DNA of 64,000 nucleotides from contig JAFAFV010000214.1 in the NCBI GenBank assembly GCA_023423285.1, positions 53,285 to 117,284 of the forward strand, written 5' to 3'. Numbering within the stretch: the first letter of the stretch is position 1; each line of letters starts with the position of its first letter. The notes beneath the pieces are model-generated. The model saw only the letters and a program-made list of their open reading frames with translations, ran no database searches and had not been told where the DNA came from. Made by a program: the position numbers and the translations under genes. Of this stretch, positions 38,770 to 48,704 are shown piece by piece. This DNA is from Bacteroidota bacterium (lineage in GTDB: Bacteria > Bacteroidota > Bacteroidia > Chitinophagales > Chitinophagaceae).

Positions 38770-40284
38770 TTAAATTGATAGAATATCCGTAGACTGCAAG
38801 TCCTGTTCTGTTGGGCCGCCATATTCACTTGTAGGCGGCGGCAGCACTTTTATAACAGACTGCTGAAGCGAAATGAGCGATGAAGCCGAATAAATGCCCA
38901 TGTTTTTACCCGCATATTTATAATCGGCCAGCGAAGCTTTTACTACGCCATCAATTGAAAGTTCAATATAACCGCCATACCTTATTACCTGGAAATGATA
39001 CGTAAAGTTTTCGTTTACGGCAAACATATGATCTTGTAGAGCGATAAACGTAAAGTTGGATTTATTGTCATCAGGATTATATCCCCATGCTCTTACCTGT
39101 AAGCGCCCGTTCACCACATCTAACGAGTAATAATAGCCGCTGCCCTCTTCATCTATATCGGTTACCAGCCCCAATTTGCCCATGCCTTCTACGGTTAGAA
39201 CGCCTTCCCATATAAAATCCTCAGAAGGCTTTTCAAAAACGAACAATTCATACCCGCTTCTTGAACCACAGATCCATTTATCTTTTTGTATTTCAAGCGA
39301 AGATGTGCGGTTGTTGAGCAGTTTGCGTGGAGCCAGTAGTTGGCGCTGCTCCAGAGAGCGTAACACTTTTCTTTGCCACAGGTAATAGGTTTTTAGTATC
39401 AGACGTCCTTTTTTGTCTACATCAAGTTCTTTAGGCGGAAGCAAAACGCGCAGCGAATCTAATTTACCATACGTGAAAAAGAAAGCATATATCAGCAATC
39501 GGTTCTCGTCACTTACAATTCTTGCGGCATAATTGCCTTGCGGCATTAATACATTGGAGTGAAAGCTGTGGTACTCGCCTAAAAATTCGGGCGCAAACCA
39601 ATAGCGCACTTTTATATCTTCGCGAATGGAGCCGATGAGGAAATAGGTTCCTTTTAGTTCAAACGCGCAGGGGCATTCCACATCATCATACACCATTGGG
39701 TAATGCAGCGGTGGCAAATATTCCGGCTTTTTATCTTTTAATTTTACAATACCAACACAACCTCTGCGGGAAACAGGCCCGTACGAAGCTCTTGCACATA
39801 CCAGGAAATAATCTTCACCTTCGTGCTGTAGAAAATAGGGGTCGCGAAAGCTTAACCATGTTCTGGGGTTATCCTCATCACACTCGTAATGCGGTCCTTT
39901 AGAACCAAATGGATAAATGTGGTTTTCCACTTTTGCCCAGTTATACAAATCGTCAGAAACAGCAAGGCCAATGCGCGATGTATAACCTCGGTGTGCCCGG
40001 TGTAAACCCGTATAATACATTTCAAAGCGGTTGTTTACATAGCACACGTGCATGGTCCAAAGCATGTCATCATCCCAGTCGCCGGGGTCGCCCACAAACA
40101 ATGCGTTCTTTACACGCTTCCATGAGATGCCGTCTTTAGAAACAGCATGAGCAATATAATCATGGTTAGGGATGATGAGGTGAAACAGATGAAACTCTCC
40201 ATTATGCTTTATCACCGTTATATCTCCTATTTCCCAGTTACTGAATCCGGCGCCTGCATATAGGGTATCAACAATTCCTGCCAT
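38770..40284 (-). CDS. Cytoplasmic GH32-like (clan GH-J) beta-fructofuranosidase
   Basis: Candidate catalytic motifs IGD, FRDP and VECP; AHAVSKDG..W; C-terminal beta-sandwich; no signal peptide. Confidence 0.8.
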   Translation of the reverse strand: MAGIVDTLYAGAGFSNWEIGDITVIKHNGEFHLFHLIIPNHDYIAHAVSKDGISWKRVKNALFVGDPGDWDDDMLWTMHVCYVNNRFEMYYTGLHRAHRGYTSRIGLAVSDDLYNWAKVENHIYPFGSKGPHYECDEDNPRTWLSFRDPYFLQHEGEDYFLVCARASYGPVSRRGCVGIVKLKDKKPEYLPPLHYPMVYDDVECPCAFELKGTYFLIGSIREDIKVRYWFAPEFLGEYHSFHSNVLMPQGNYAARIVSDENRLLIYAFFFTYGKLDSLRVLLPPKELDVDKKGRLILKTYYLWQRKVLRSLEQRQLLAPRKLLNNRTSSLEIQKDKWICGSRSGYELFVFEKPSEDFIWEGVLTVEGMGKLGLVTDIDEEGSGYYYSLDVVNGRLQVRAWGYNPDDNKSNFTFIALQDHMFAVNENFTYHFQVIRYGGYIELSIDGVVKASLADYKYAGKNMGIYSASSLISLQQSVIKVLPPPTSEYGGPTEQDLQSTDILSI

Positions 40285-40333
40285 TGGTATAATTTTAGGT
40301 ATATTTCGAACGAACATAAAAAAGTTTTTGCAC

Positions 40334-42505
40334 ATGAGTCAATATTACATCCAACTTTTTAGCCCCCATGGTTTGGTACGATATGAAAACAGCGAAATAG
40401 GACGGGATAAGGATACCGGTGGCCAGGTTAAATATGTGCTGGAACTTTTGGCCTCTCTGTCAAACCATCCCAAAGTAAGAAAAGTTGATCTCTTTACCCG
40501 AATGATCAATGATAAAAGAGTCTCTCCTGCTTATGGTAAAGAAATTGAATTGGTGAACAGTAAAGCGCGTATCGTACGCATTCCCTGCGGCGGTAAAATG
40601 TACCGCGAAAAAGAACAGTTATGGGAATACCTTGATGAGTTTGTAGATAAAACCATTCGATTTATAGAAAAGGAAAATGACTTTCCTGATGTAGTGCACG
40701 GCCACTATGCCGATGGTAATTATATAGCAGGAGAGATCAGCAAGATATTCGCCATCCCACAGGTGGCCACGGGCCACTCACTGGGGCGCAATAAAAAAGA
40801 AATATTGCTAAAGGAGGGTCTGTTAGAGTCTAAGATCAATGAAAGGTTTAATATGGAGCGCCGCATTCAGGCAGAAGAAAAAGCCCTGAAGCATTCAGAA
40901 TTTGTGATTGTAAGCACCAACCATGAAATTAACACACAATACAAACATTATACTAATAAAGAAAAAGCAAAGTTTGTAGTGATCTCGCCTGGCATCAATA
41001 CCGGTGTTTTCTATCCTTTTTACCGGTTAGACATGCCATCTTTTAGCATGGGCATTGAACAGGAGCAAGCTTTGTACCGTATTAATGCAGAAATTGAGCG
41101 GTTTTTGTTTTCACCAGAAAAGCCATTGATCCTGTCAATAGGAAGAGCCGATAAAAGGAAGAATTTTGAAACCGTCATCCGTGCTTATGGCGAAGATAAA
41201 GAGCTGCAGGCTATGGCCAACCTGGCCATATTTGCCGGGGTGCGAAAAGATATCAGTAAAATGCCCGTCGATGAAAAAGAAATTCTTACCAACCTTTTAT
41301 TGTTGATGGATAAATACGATCTCTATGGCAAATTTGCGCTTCCAAAAAAGAACGAACCCAATTACGAGATTCCTGAAATATACCGCCTGGCCGCCCGAAA
41401 AAAAGGTGTATTTGTAAATGCAACTCCGGGTGAAAATTTTGGCCTTACGCTGGTGGAAGCCGCTGCATGCGGGTTGCCACTTGTGGCTTCACCCACAGGC
41501 GGCCCCAAAGAAATAATTGAAAGCGCAGATAACGGTATTTTGGTGGATGTAGAAGATACCAAAGCTATTGCAGCAGCGCTAAAAAAAATTATTTCAGACA
41601 GTACGCTGTGGCAAAAATTTTCTGAAAACGGCATTAAGGCAGGGCAGGAGAATTATACCTGGGAAGCGCACTCCAATCGTTACATCAGTTTAATTGATGA
41701 ACTTTATAAAAACAATAAAGTAGAAAAATATGATAAAAATCTGTCGGTAGGAAAGAGGCTGGTAAAAGCTAAACTTTGCCTGATATCAGATCTTGACGGA
41801 ACGCTTGTAGACGGGGCTAATACAGACGGTCTTCCGGAATTAAAACAATGGGTGCAGGATAATAAGGGCAGCCTTGTATTTGGAATAGCAAGTGGCCGCA
41901 GCCACATTCTTACAAAAGAAGCATTAGCAGAGTACGACCTGCCCGAACCTGACATACTCATCTGCTCAACCGGTACAGAAATTTATTATACAAAAGATTT
42001 TATACCCGATACAGGTTGGGAAAGCCATATCAATCATCAGTGGAGGCGGAGCGACCTTTTAAAGGCAATGGAAGACTACCCTAAGATGAAATTGCAGGAA
42101 GAAATGGCGCAATGGGATTATAAGCTGAGCTATTATGTTGATGAAAATTTTTCTGCTGACGACCTGGCTGAACTATACAGGTATTTAGATGACCGCAAAC
42201 TACGCGCGCGCATTTTTCTTACTGACAATAAATACCTTGATATTTTACCGGTAAGAGCCGGCAAAGGCAATGCGGTACGCTACCTGGGTTATAAATGGAA
42301 ATTACCAATAGAAAAATTCATCACTGCCGGCAACGGTGGAAATGACATAGGTATGCTGCGCGGAAAAACCAGGGGTATTGTTGTAGCCAACCACAGCCCA
42401 GAACTGGAATCGTTAAGGCAAAGCCGCCATGTTTACTTTTCAAAACAAGCCACGGCAGCGGGTGTTTTGGAAGGCATCAGGCATTATTTAGATAAAAAAA
42501 AGTAA
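40334..42505 (+). CDS. Sucrose-phosphate synthase-like GT4 fused to a HAD-IIB (SPP-like) phosphatase
   Basis: HGLVR..EIGRDKDTGGQVKYV, HGHYAD, TGHSLGR, RADKRKN and ENFGLTLVEAAACG; C-terminal SDLDGTL, KLSY, LDILP..GKG.A. Confidence 0.9.
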   Translation: MSQYYIQLFSPHGLVRYENSEIGRDKDTGGQVKYVLELLASLSNHPKVRKVDLFTRMINDKRVSPAYGKEIELVNSKARIVRIPCGGKMYREKEQLWEYLDEFVDKTIRFIEKENDFPDVVHGHYADGNYIAGEISKIFAIPQVATGHSLGRNKKEILLKEGLLESKINERFNMERRIQAEEKALKHSEFVIVSTNHEINTQYKHYTNKEKAKFVVISPGINTGVFYPFYRLDMPSFSMGIEQEQALYRINAEIERFLFSPEKPLILSIGRADKRKNFETVIRAYGEDKELQAMANLAIFAGVRKDISKMPVDEKEILTNLLLLMDKYDLYGKFALPKKNEPNYEIPEIYRLAARKKGVFVNATPGENFGLTLVEAAACGLPLVASPTGGPKEIIESADNGILVDVEDTKAIAAALKKIISDSTLWQKFSENGIKAGQENYTWEAHSNRYISLIDELYKNNKVEKYDKNLSVGKRLVKAKLCLISDLDGTLVDGANTDGLPELKQWVQDNKGSLVFGIASGRSHILTKEALAEYDLPEPDILICSTGTEIYYTKDFIPDTGWESHINHQWRRSDLLKAMEDYPKMKLQEEMAQWDYKLSYYVDENFSADDLAELYRYLDDRKLRARIFLTDNKYLDILPVRAGKGNAVRYLGYKWKLPIEKFITAGNGGNDIGMLRGKTRGIVVANHSPELESLRQSRHVYFSKQATAAGVLEGIRHYLDKKK

Positions 42506-42771
42506 AAGATGAGCAGTGGAATAAACAGCCTTATTATTAATTGAAAGCCATCATACTTATTTGTACGCAGTGTCTTATTATTAAAGAAAATTATTAATAA
42601 ATATATTGTCGGTATAAATAAAATACTACCGAGTACCAAAGCAATAGAGTCAAATAATAACATGGAAAATCTTCTTGCGTAAAAAGCGCCAAGGGCCAGA
42701 ATGCCCAGTATATTACTTATTAAAACAAGTTGCCTAAACTGTTGATGCTTTTGCATACCGTAAGAAATCAT
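42484..42771 (-). CDS. Small hypothetical membrane protein (3 TM)
   Basis: Three hydrophobic segments; ATGA overlap with the nhaA stop; overlaps the SPS 3' end by 22 nt. Confidence 0.5.
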   Translation of the reverse strand: MISYGMQKHQQFRQLVLISNILGILALGAFYARRFSMLLFDSIALVLGSILFIPTIYLLIIFFNNKTLRTNKYDGFQLIIRLFIPLLIFYFFLSK

Positions 42772-43898
42772 TTTCTTTTTCCGGCAGTTTTCAAAATCAT
42801 AAATCCTATTATACCAGAAATGGTTGAGGCCGCCATGATGGCTATCTTAGAATTGTTGATATAAACGCTATCATCAAAAGCCAGCAGCGTGATAAAGATT
42901 GACATGGTAAAACCAATGCCTCCCAATGCGCCTACTCCAAGCAAATGGCGCCTGTTCATGTCTGAAGGCATTCTGGCTAACCCTATTGCCGCTGCAACCA
43001 ATGAAAAAATAAAAATGCCCACCGGTTTACCTAACACCAGCCCGGCTATAATGCCCATGCTACTATTTGTAGTAAGCCCTTCATACCAATTATGAGCAAT
43101 AGGTATAGCAGTATTGGCCAATGCAAAAATGGGCAGAATGATAAATGCAACCGGGAAATGCAGGCTATTTTGCCAGCGGTAAGAAATTGTTTTTTCATCA
43201 CCTTTTCCAAAAGGCAATGCAAAGGCGAGTAACACGCCTGTAATGGTGGCATGTACTCCGGAATGAAGCATGAAATACCACATAGCTATACCGCCAACTA
43301 TGTAAAAAATGGTATTGTGAATTTTTAACCTGTTTAAGATCAGCAACACGCCAAATATACCCAATGAGATAAACAGGTTCGTAGTACTAAGATCACTGGT
43401 ATAAAACACAGCAATAACGATAATTGCTATCAGGTCGTCAATAACGGCAATAGCTGTCAGAAAAATTTTTACTGATGCCGGAATACTTTTGCCTGCCAAT
43501 GTCAATACGCCGAGCGCAAAAGCAATATCAGTAGCCATAGGAATACCCAGGCCTGAAATAGTTGGCTGGCCGTAGTTAAAAGCAAAATAAATTATTGCAG
43601 GCAGGCAAACTCCTCCAACTGCGGCAATAATGGGTAGAGCAGCCGTTTTAATATTGGATAATTCGCCACCGTAAAGCTCTCTTTCAAGTTCAAGGCCTAC
43701 CAGTAAAAAGAAAATTGCCATCAGCCCGTCGTTCACCCATTCTCCAATGGTATGTCCCTGAAAATTGATATTCCAGAAGCCAATGTATTGAGCTGCAAAT
43801 CCGGAATTTGCTAAAAACAGTGAAATGGCCGTAGTAAATAATAATACGATCCCGCCCGAACGCTCACTTTCAAAAAAATCTCTGAATAATTTTGTCAT
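42768..43898 (-). CDS. nhaA: Na+/H+ antiporter NhaA
   Basis: WVNDGLMAIFF, ATDIAFA, AVIDD, SGVHAT, GKPVG and GIGFTMSIFI motifs. Confidence 0.96.
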   Translation of the reverse strand: MTKLFRDFFESERSGGIVLLFTTAISLFLANSGFAAQYIGFWNINFQGHTIGEWVNDGLMAIFFLLVGLELERELYGGELSNIKTAALPIIAAVGGVCLPAIIYFAFNYGQPTISGLGIPMATDIAFALGVLTLAGKSIPASVKIFLTAIAVIDDLIAIIVIAVFYTSDLSTTNLFISLGIFGVLLILNRLKIHNTIFYIVGGIAMWYFMLHSGVHATITGVLLAFALPFGKGDEKTISYRWQNSLHFPVAFIILPIFALANTAIPIAHNWYEGLTTNSSMGIIAGLVLGKPVGIFIFSLVAAAIGLARMPSDMNRRHLLGVGALGGIGFTMSIFITLLAFDDSVYINNSKIAIMAASTISGIIGFMILKTAGKRK

Positions 43899-44035
43899 AC
43901 ACCCAGTTCTTAAAACAGAGCGTATTGCACTGCTTTGATTTAAAATGGTTTCAAAAATAAAAAAACACACTTACTTGCCTAAATAAACTTTTTTTTCAAT
44001 TTGGGGCGATCAATTTAAAAATCACGATTAGGGGT

Positions 44036-44043
44036 TATCTTTG
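44036..44043 (+). promoter_or_regulatory. -7 promoter element for ftsK
   Basis: TATCTTTG 6 nt before ATG 44050. Confidence 0.6.
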
Positions 44044-44049
44044 TGCCCT

Positions 44050-46614
44050 ATGGCCACCCGGGTTAAAAAGACGAATAAAAGATCAACAGACAGGAATAGA
44101 AAACAAACCGTACTTAAACAAGAGCCGGTGGAAAAAATTCAGTTAAAGCAACTGGCAAGTGATGAACGCACCTGGAAGATCACCGGGCTGGTTTTTTTGC
44201 TCATTTCCGTGTTCCTTTTACTTTCATTTATTTCCTATTTTTTTACCTGGCGGCAGGATTTTGCACAGGTATCCCGCGGCTTTGCCCTGCTTGCTGATCT
44301 TGATGTGCGCGTGGAAAATTTACTGGGTAAAACCGGTGCACTCGTTTCTCACCTGTTTATTTACAAATTATTTGGCGTAGCGGCCATACTTATCTGCACA
44401 TTCTTTTTTGTAGTAGGTATTAATTTAATGTGGCGCAGAAGGATTTATTCTATTTGGCGCAATATGAAATATGTAACGCTTGGCATGCTTTCCGTTTCTA
44501 CCATCCTGGCATTTCTTCTGCCAAATGAAGAGTTTAGTTGGGGCGGCGGTGTTGGCAAAGTAATTTCCGGATGGCTGCAAAGTTCTCTTGGCTACATAGG
44601 CGCCGCAGCAATTTTGTGTTTAGTTGTTATTGCATACCTCATCTGGCAGTTCAACCCGGTATTCAGTTTTCCTAAAAGATTACAGAAACGACCTCTTAAT
44701 GTACCTCCCGGATCGGAAAGCGTGGAGCCTGTTATAGATGCTTCGGGCGCTTCAAACGATATTCAGGAATGGCAAACGGACAGTACAGAAGATAATGGCG
44801 CAAAACTGGTTATTGACAGTAGTGTGGAAAGATATAAACACGATATAAAACTGGTTGAAAAAGAAGATGTGGTTAAAATAAAAAAAGAAGAAGAAGGCTA
44901 TGAGCGCATTACGGTTTTAAAACCTGAAGCAAAACCGTTGCAACCTACACAGATCAACCCGGAAACTTCTGCTGCCAAACAATTTTCTGTTCCTGATGAA
45001 GAAACAAAGTTGAAACAGCCCGAAAGCGCATTAAAATTAGAGATCAATTCTGCTCCAATAAAGCCTGTGGAGCAGGAAAGCCCCGTGGTTCCGGCGCAGG
45101 AAAAAACAAAACCTTACGATCCCACGATGGGACTGAAAGGCTATAAATATCCGTCCGTTGATTTGCTGACTGATTATGGCGATGGCACTGTGCAGCAGGA
45201 CCCTGAAGAACTGGAGAACAACAAAAACCAGATCATCAATACACTGCGCAACTATGATATAGAGATTCAAAAAATCAGCGCCACCATTGGGCCAACCGTT
45301 ACCCTGTATGAAATTGTTCCTGCCGCAGGCGTTCGCATTTCGCGCATTAAAAACCTGGAGGATGACATTGCACTGAGTTTGTCAGCACTGGGTATTCGTA
45401 TCATCGCACCCATTCCAGGCCGTGGTACTATTGGTATTGAAGTGCCCAATGCAAAGAAATCTATCGTGAGTATGAAGACCTTGCTGTCTTCTGATAAATT
45501 CAAAAATTCAGCGTTTTCACTGCCCATTGCTTTAGGTAAGCGAATAGACAATGAAAATTTCATTGTAGACCTTGCCACCATGCCGCACTTACTTATGGCG
45601 GGCGCCACAGGCCAGGGAAAATCAGTGGGCATAAATGCCATCCTTGTTTCTCTTCTTTATAAAAAACATCCATCCCAGCTAAAATTTGTGCTTATTGACC
45701 CTAAAAAGGTAGAACTGAGCATTTACAGCCATATTGAAAAACATTTTTTAGCCAAATTACCCAACGAAGAAGATGCGATCATTACCGATACCAAAAAAGT
45801 GATCAGCACACTCAATTCGTTATGTATAGAAATGGACCACCGGTATAATTTTTTGAAAGATGCTGGTTGCAGAAACATTAAAGAATACAATGCAAAATTC
45901 GTGTCCCGCAGGCTGAACCCTGAAAAAGGTCACAACTTTATGCCCTTCATTGTGCTTGTTATTGATGAATTTGCCGACCTTATTATGACTGCCGGGAAAG
46001 AAATTGAAATGCCTATAGCAAGGCTGGCACAGTTGGCAAGAGCCGTGGGCATTCACCTGGTGATTGCCACGCAAAGGCCTTCGGTAAATATTATTACAGG
46101 GATTATTAAAGCAAACTTTCCGGCGCGTGTGGCCTTTAAAGTGAGCAGTAAAATTGACAGCAGAACCATTTTAGATACTGGTGGCGCCGAACAATTGATT
46201 GGTAAGGGCGATATGCTGGTAAGTATGGGCAGCGATGTAACACGCCTGCAGTGTGCTTTTGTAGATACGCCTGAAGTAGACAAAGTAGTAGAATTTATTG
46301 CCTACCAGGAGGGATACCCTGAACCGTTTTTGCTACCCGAATATATTGATGAAAGAGAACTGGCCAATGATGATTTTGATTCGGGCGACAGAGATGCCTT
46401 GTTTGAAGACGCAGCAAAAGTGATCGTCAGCAATCAGATTGGTTCCACATCTCTTTTACAAAGACGGATGAAGTTGGGTTATAACCGGGCAGGCCGACTC
46501 ATGGATCAGTTGGAAGCAGCAGGAATTGTGGGGCCCAACCAAGGCAGTAAAGCCAGAGAAGTGCTGATAAAAACTGAAATGGAATTACAGGAAGTTTTAG
46601 ATAAGTTGATGTAG
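44050..46614 (+). CDS. ftsK: DNA translocase FtsK
   Basis: N-terminal TM domain, Walker A GATGQGKS, IDEFADL, ATQRPS, gamma domain LQRRMKLGYNRAGR. Confidence 0.97.
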   Translation: MATRVKKTNKRSTDRNRKQTVLKQEPVEKIQLKQLASDERTWKITGLVFLLISVFLLLSFISYFFTWRQDFAQVSRGFALLADLDVRVENLLGKTGALVSHLFIYKLFGVAAILICTFFFVVGINLMWRRRIYSIWRNMKYVTLGMLSVSTILAFLLPNEEFSWGGGVGKVISGWLQSSLGYIGAAAILCLVVIAYLIWQFNPVFSFPKRLQKRPLNVPPGSESVEPVIDASGASNDIQEWQTDSTEDNGAKLVIDSSVERYKHDIKLVEKEDVVKIKKEEEGYERITVLKPEAKPLQPTQINPETSAAKQFSVPDEETKLKQPESALKLEINSAPIKPVEQESPVVPAQEKTKPYDPTMGLKGYKYPSVDLLTDYGDGTVQQDPEELENNKNQIINTLRNYDIEIQKISATIGPTVTLYEIVPAAGVRISRIKNLEDDIALSLSALGIRIIAPIPGRGTIGIEVPNAKKSIVSMKTLLSSDKFKNSAFSLPIALGKRIDNENFIVDLATMPHLLMAGATGQGKSVGINAILVSLLYKKHPSQLKFVLIDPKKVELSIYSHIEKHFLAKLPNEEDAIITDTKKVISTLNSLCIEMDHRYNFLKDAGCRNIKEYNAKFVSRRLNPEKGHNFMPFIVLVIDEFADLIMTAGKEIEMPIARLAQLARAVGIHLVIATQRPSVNIITGIIKANFPARVAFKVSSKIDSRTILDTGGAEQLIGKGDMLVSMGSDVTRLQCAFVDTPEVDKVVEFIAYQEGYPEPFLLPEYIDERELANDDFDSGDRDALFEDAAKVIVSNQIGSTSLLQRRMKLGYNRAGRLMDQLEAAGIVGPNQGSKAREVLIKTEMELQEVLDKLM

Positions 46615-46773
46615 CCAAGAAATTGTGAATGTCTTATATCCTATACGGGTTACACTGTTAAATTCCAGCCTTTCAAAATGTTAATATACGGCGCTGAGCG
46701 CAACGATGTTGTTAGGGCAACGTCTGAATAATATTTAAAATACTATTAAACCTAAAATCAAATTATCAGAAAA

Positions 46774-47421
46774 ATGAAGAATGTTTTTTTAACCCTGTTA
46801 GTAATATTTATAGCTGCATCTGCTTTTGGCCAATACCGTGACCCTAAGGCTAAAGCAATTTTAGACCAGGTAAGCGCTAAATTCAGGTCGTACCAGTCAG
46901 TAACAGCCGGCTTTACCTATAATATTTCCAATAAAACGGGAAAAGTGTTATCAAGCAAAAAAGGAACGGCATTAATGAAAGGAGAGAAGTATAATATAGA
47001 TTTTGGTGGAAGCAGGATCATCAGCGATGGCAATACTGTTTGGAACTACGACCCATCGGCAAAAGAAGTTACGGTCAATGATGCTAACAAATCAGAAAGC
47101 ACTATTACCCCTCAAAAACTGTTTAGCGATTTTTACAATAAAGATTTTAACTACGTATTGGATAAGGATTTTACAGTTGGTGGTAAGAAAGCGCATAAAG
47201 TGATATTAACACCAACGGATAAAAAGAAATCATTTGAGCGTGTGTACCTTGGTATTGATCAGGCAACAAAAAATATTGTAACCGTATTGGTAGTTGAAAA
47301 AAGCGGCAACCGTTATTCCTATAACGTGAGTAATTTTAAACCCAATACTTCTGTAAGCGATGCGCAATTCGTATTTAACACGGCATCATATCCCGGTGTG
47401 GAAGTTGTGGATCTTAGATAA
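46774..47421 (+). CDS. lolA: Outer membrane lipoprotein carrier protein LolA
   Basis: Signal peptide; SDGNTVWNY…EVTV and F.F…YPGVEVVDLR motifs; conserved position after ftsK. Confidence 0.85.
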   Translation: MKNVFLTLLVIFIAASAFGQYRDPKAKAILDQVSAKFRSYQSVTAGFTYNISNKTGKVLSSKKGTALMKGEKYNIDFGGSRIISDGNTVWNYDPSAKEVTVNDANKSESTITPQKLFSDFYNKDFNYVLDKDFTVGGKKAHKVILTPTDKKKSFERVYLGIDQATKNIVTVLVVEKSGNRYSYNVSNFKPNTSVSDAQFVFNTASYPGVEVVDLR

Positions 47422-47441
47422 GAAGAAGTTAAGAATTTATC

Positions 47442-47471
47442 AAAGCCCCGTTCCTCCAGCGGGGTTTTTTT
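47442..47471. terminator. Rho-independent terminator between lolA and mrpG (probably bidirectional)
   Basis: AAAGCCCCG-loop-CGGGGTTTTTTT. Confidence 0.85.
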
Positions 47472-47480
47472 GAACGTGGG

Positions 47481-47828
47481 TTATTTCAAATCTCCGGTAT
47501 TATCGTCATATTTATCTTCAAGGTCATCTATTTTCGACCCTTCCCATAGCTTATTGCCCGATCTGTAAGCGGCACGGCCAATTAAATGCGCACTTACAGG
47601 CGCAGTGAGAAATAGGAAAAGTATAATGACAATCACCCTTGTATTTACAGACAGGGTATTGAAATACAACGCAGCAACCAGCAATACAAAACCAATGCCC
47701 AGCGTGGCGGCTTTGGTTGTGGCCGAAAGCCTGAGGTAAGTATCCGGCATGCGTAAAATTCCTACTGCTCCCAGTAAAATGAACAGCGCACCCAGGCTGG
47801 CCAGTATCATCATAATAATATCAGACAT
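47481..47828 (-). CDS. mrpG: Mrp antiporter subunit G
   Basis: GILRMPD.Y.RL.ATTK and TAPVSAH.IGRAA motifs. Confidence 0.92.
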   Translation of the reverse strand: MSDIIMMILASLGALFILLGAVGILRMPDTYLRLSATTKAATLGIGFVLLVAALYFNTLSVNTRVIVIILFLFLTAPVSAHLIGRAAYRSGNKLWEGSKIDDLEDKYDDNTGDLK

Positions 47829-48093
47829 CTTTATTCTTTTTATCGAGGTAATAAGAAAAACCTGTTGTGCTTAAAAATCCTATTAGCGCAAATATCATGG
47901 CAATGTCTAAAAATGTAGATTCATTGCTGATGATACTGTAAACCGAAATGGTACCGATGCCGATAAGAAAAAGCAGATCGAGAGAAACCACCCTGTCTGC
48001 AATAGTTGGGCCTTTTATAAAGCGCACCACCGTAAGCAAAGCCGAAATGGCCAGGATAGGTAAAATGATATAGTATAAATAATTAAACAGCAT
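47821..48093 (-). CDS. mrpF: Mrp antiporter subunit F
   Basis: RFIKGPTIADRVVSLD motif. Confidence 0.92.
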   Translation of the reverse strand: MLFNYLYYIILPILAISALLTVVRFIKGPTIADRVVSLDLLFLIGIGTISVYSIISNESTFLDIAMIFALIGFLSTTGFSYYLDKKNKDV

Positions 48094-48572
48094 TATCCGC
48101 GTGTAATATTTAATAAACGTTTTTCAAATCCATTTTTTATTTGATGAATATAATCTTCCCGGCTTATAATGTTCATACTGTGCACATAAAGCGTTTTCTT
48201 ATCTTCTGAAACATCAATGCACAGAGAGCCCGGTGTAAGGGCGATCACACTGGTAAGCACTGTGATTTCAAAATCAGTTGTAATATCCAGCGGTATGGCT
48301 ACAATGCCCGGGTTCATATTGTGATGCGGTGTTGCCACTTCGTATGCCACCTCAAAATTTGCTTTAATAAGCTGATAAAAGAAATATAGAACAAATACGA
48401 TTATCTTAGGAATGAATTTTACATAACGGGTGTCTTTATTTCTCAGGCTGATCATCCATACTATAAAAAATCCCAGCACAAATCCAAAAACAAAGTTGGC
48501 CCCGTTTATATTGCCGGTGAGCAGCACCCACACAATAGCCAGTAATATGTTTGTTAAAAAATAACCCTTCAT
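48093..48572 (-). CDS. mrpE: Mrp antiporter subunit E
   Basis: [21 protein letters not shown] and LYVH motifs. Confidence 0.92.
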   Translation of the reverse strand: MKGYFLTNILLAIVWVLLTGNINGANFVFGFVLGFFIVWMISLRNKDTRYVKFIPKIIVFVLYFFYQLIKANFEVAYEVATPHHNMNPGIVAIPLDITTDFEITVLTSVIALTPGSLCIDVSEDKKTLYVHSMNIISREDYIHQIKNGFEKRLLNITRG

Positions 48573-48703
48573 GTGTATGTTTTTACTGAGCCGCCACGCG
48601 ACTTTTTATTAGTCACATCAAATTGCTTCCAGTGAACATCGTTTCGCCTATCCTGATAGTAATCTGGACATCTCTGTTGGCAGGGAGCTTTCTTATGACT
48701 CAT
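48569..48703 (-). CDS. Candidate 44-aa small ORF between mrpD and mrpE
   Basis: [47 protein letters not shown] 1 nt after the mrpD stop; TGA overlaps the mrpE ATG (ATGA). Confidence 0.35.
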   Translation of the reverse strand: MSHKKAPCQQRCPDYYQDRRNDVHWKQFDVTNKKSRGGSVKTYT

Positions 48704-48704
48704 T

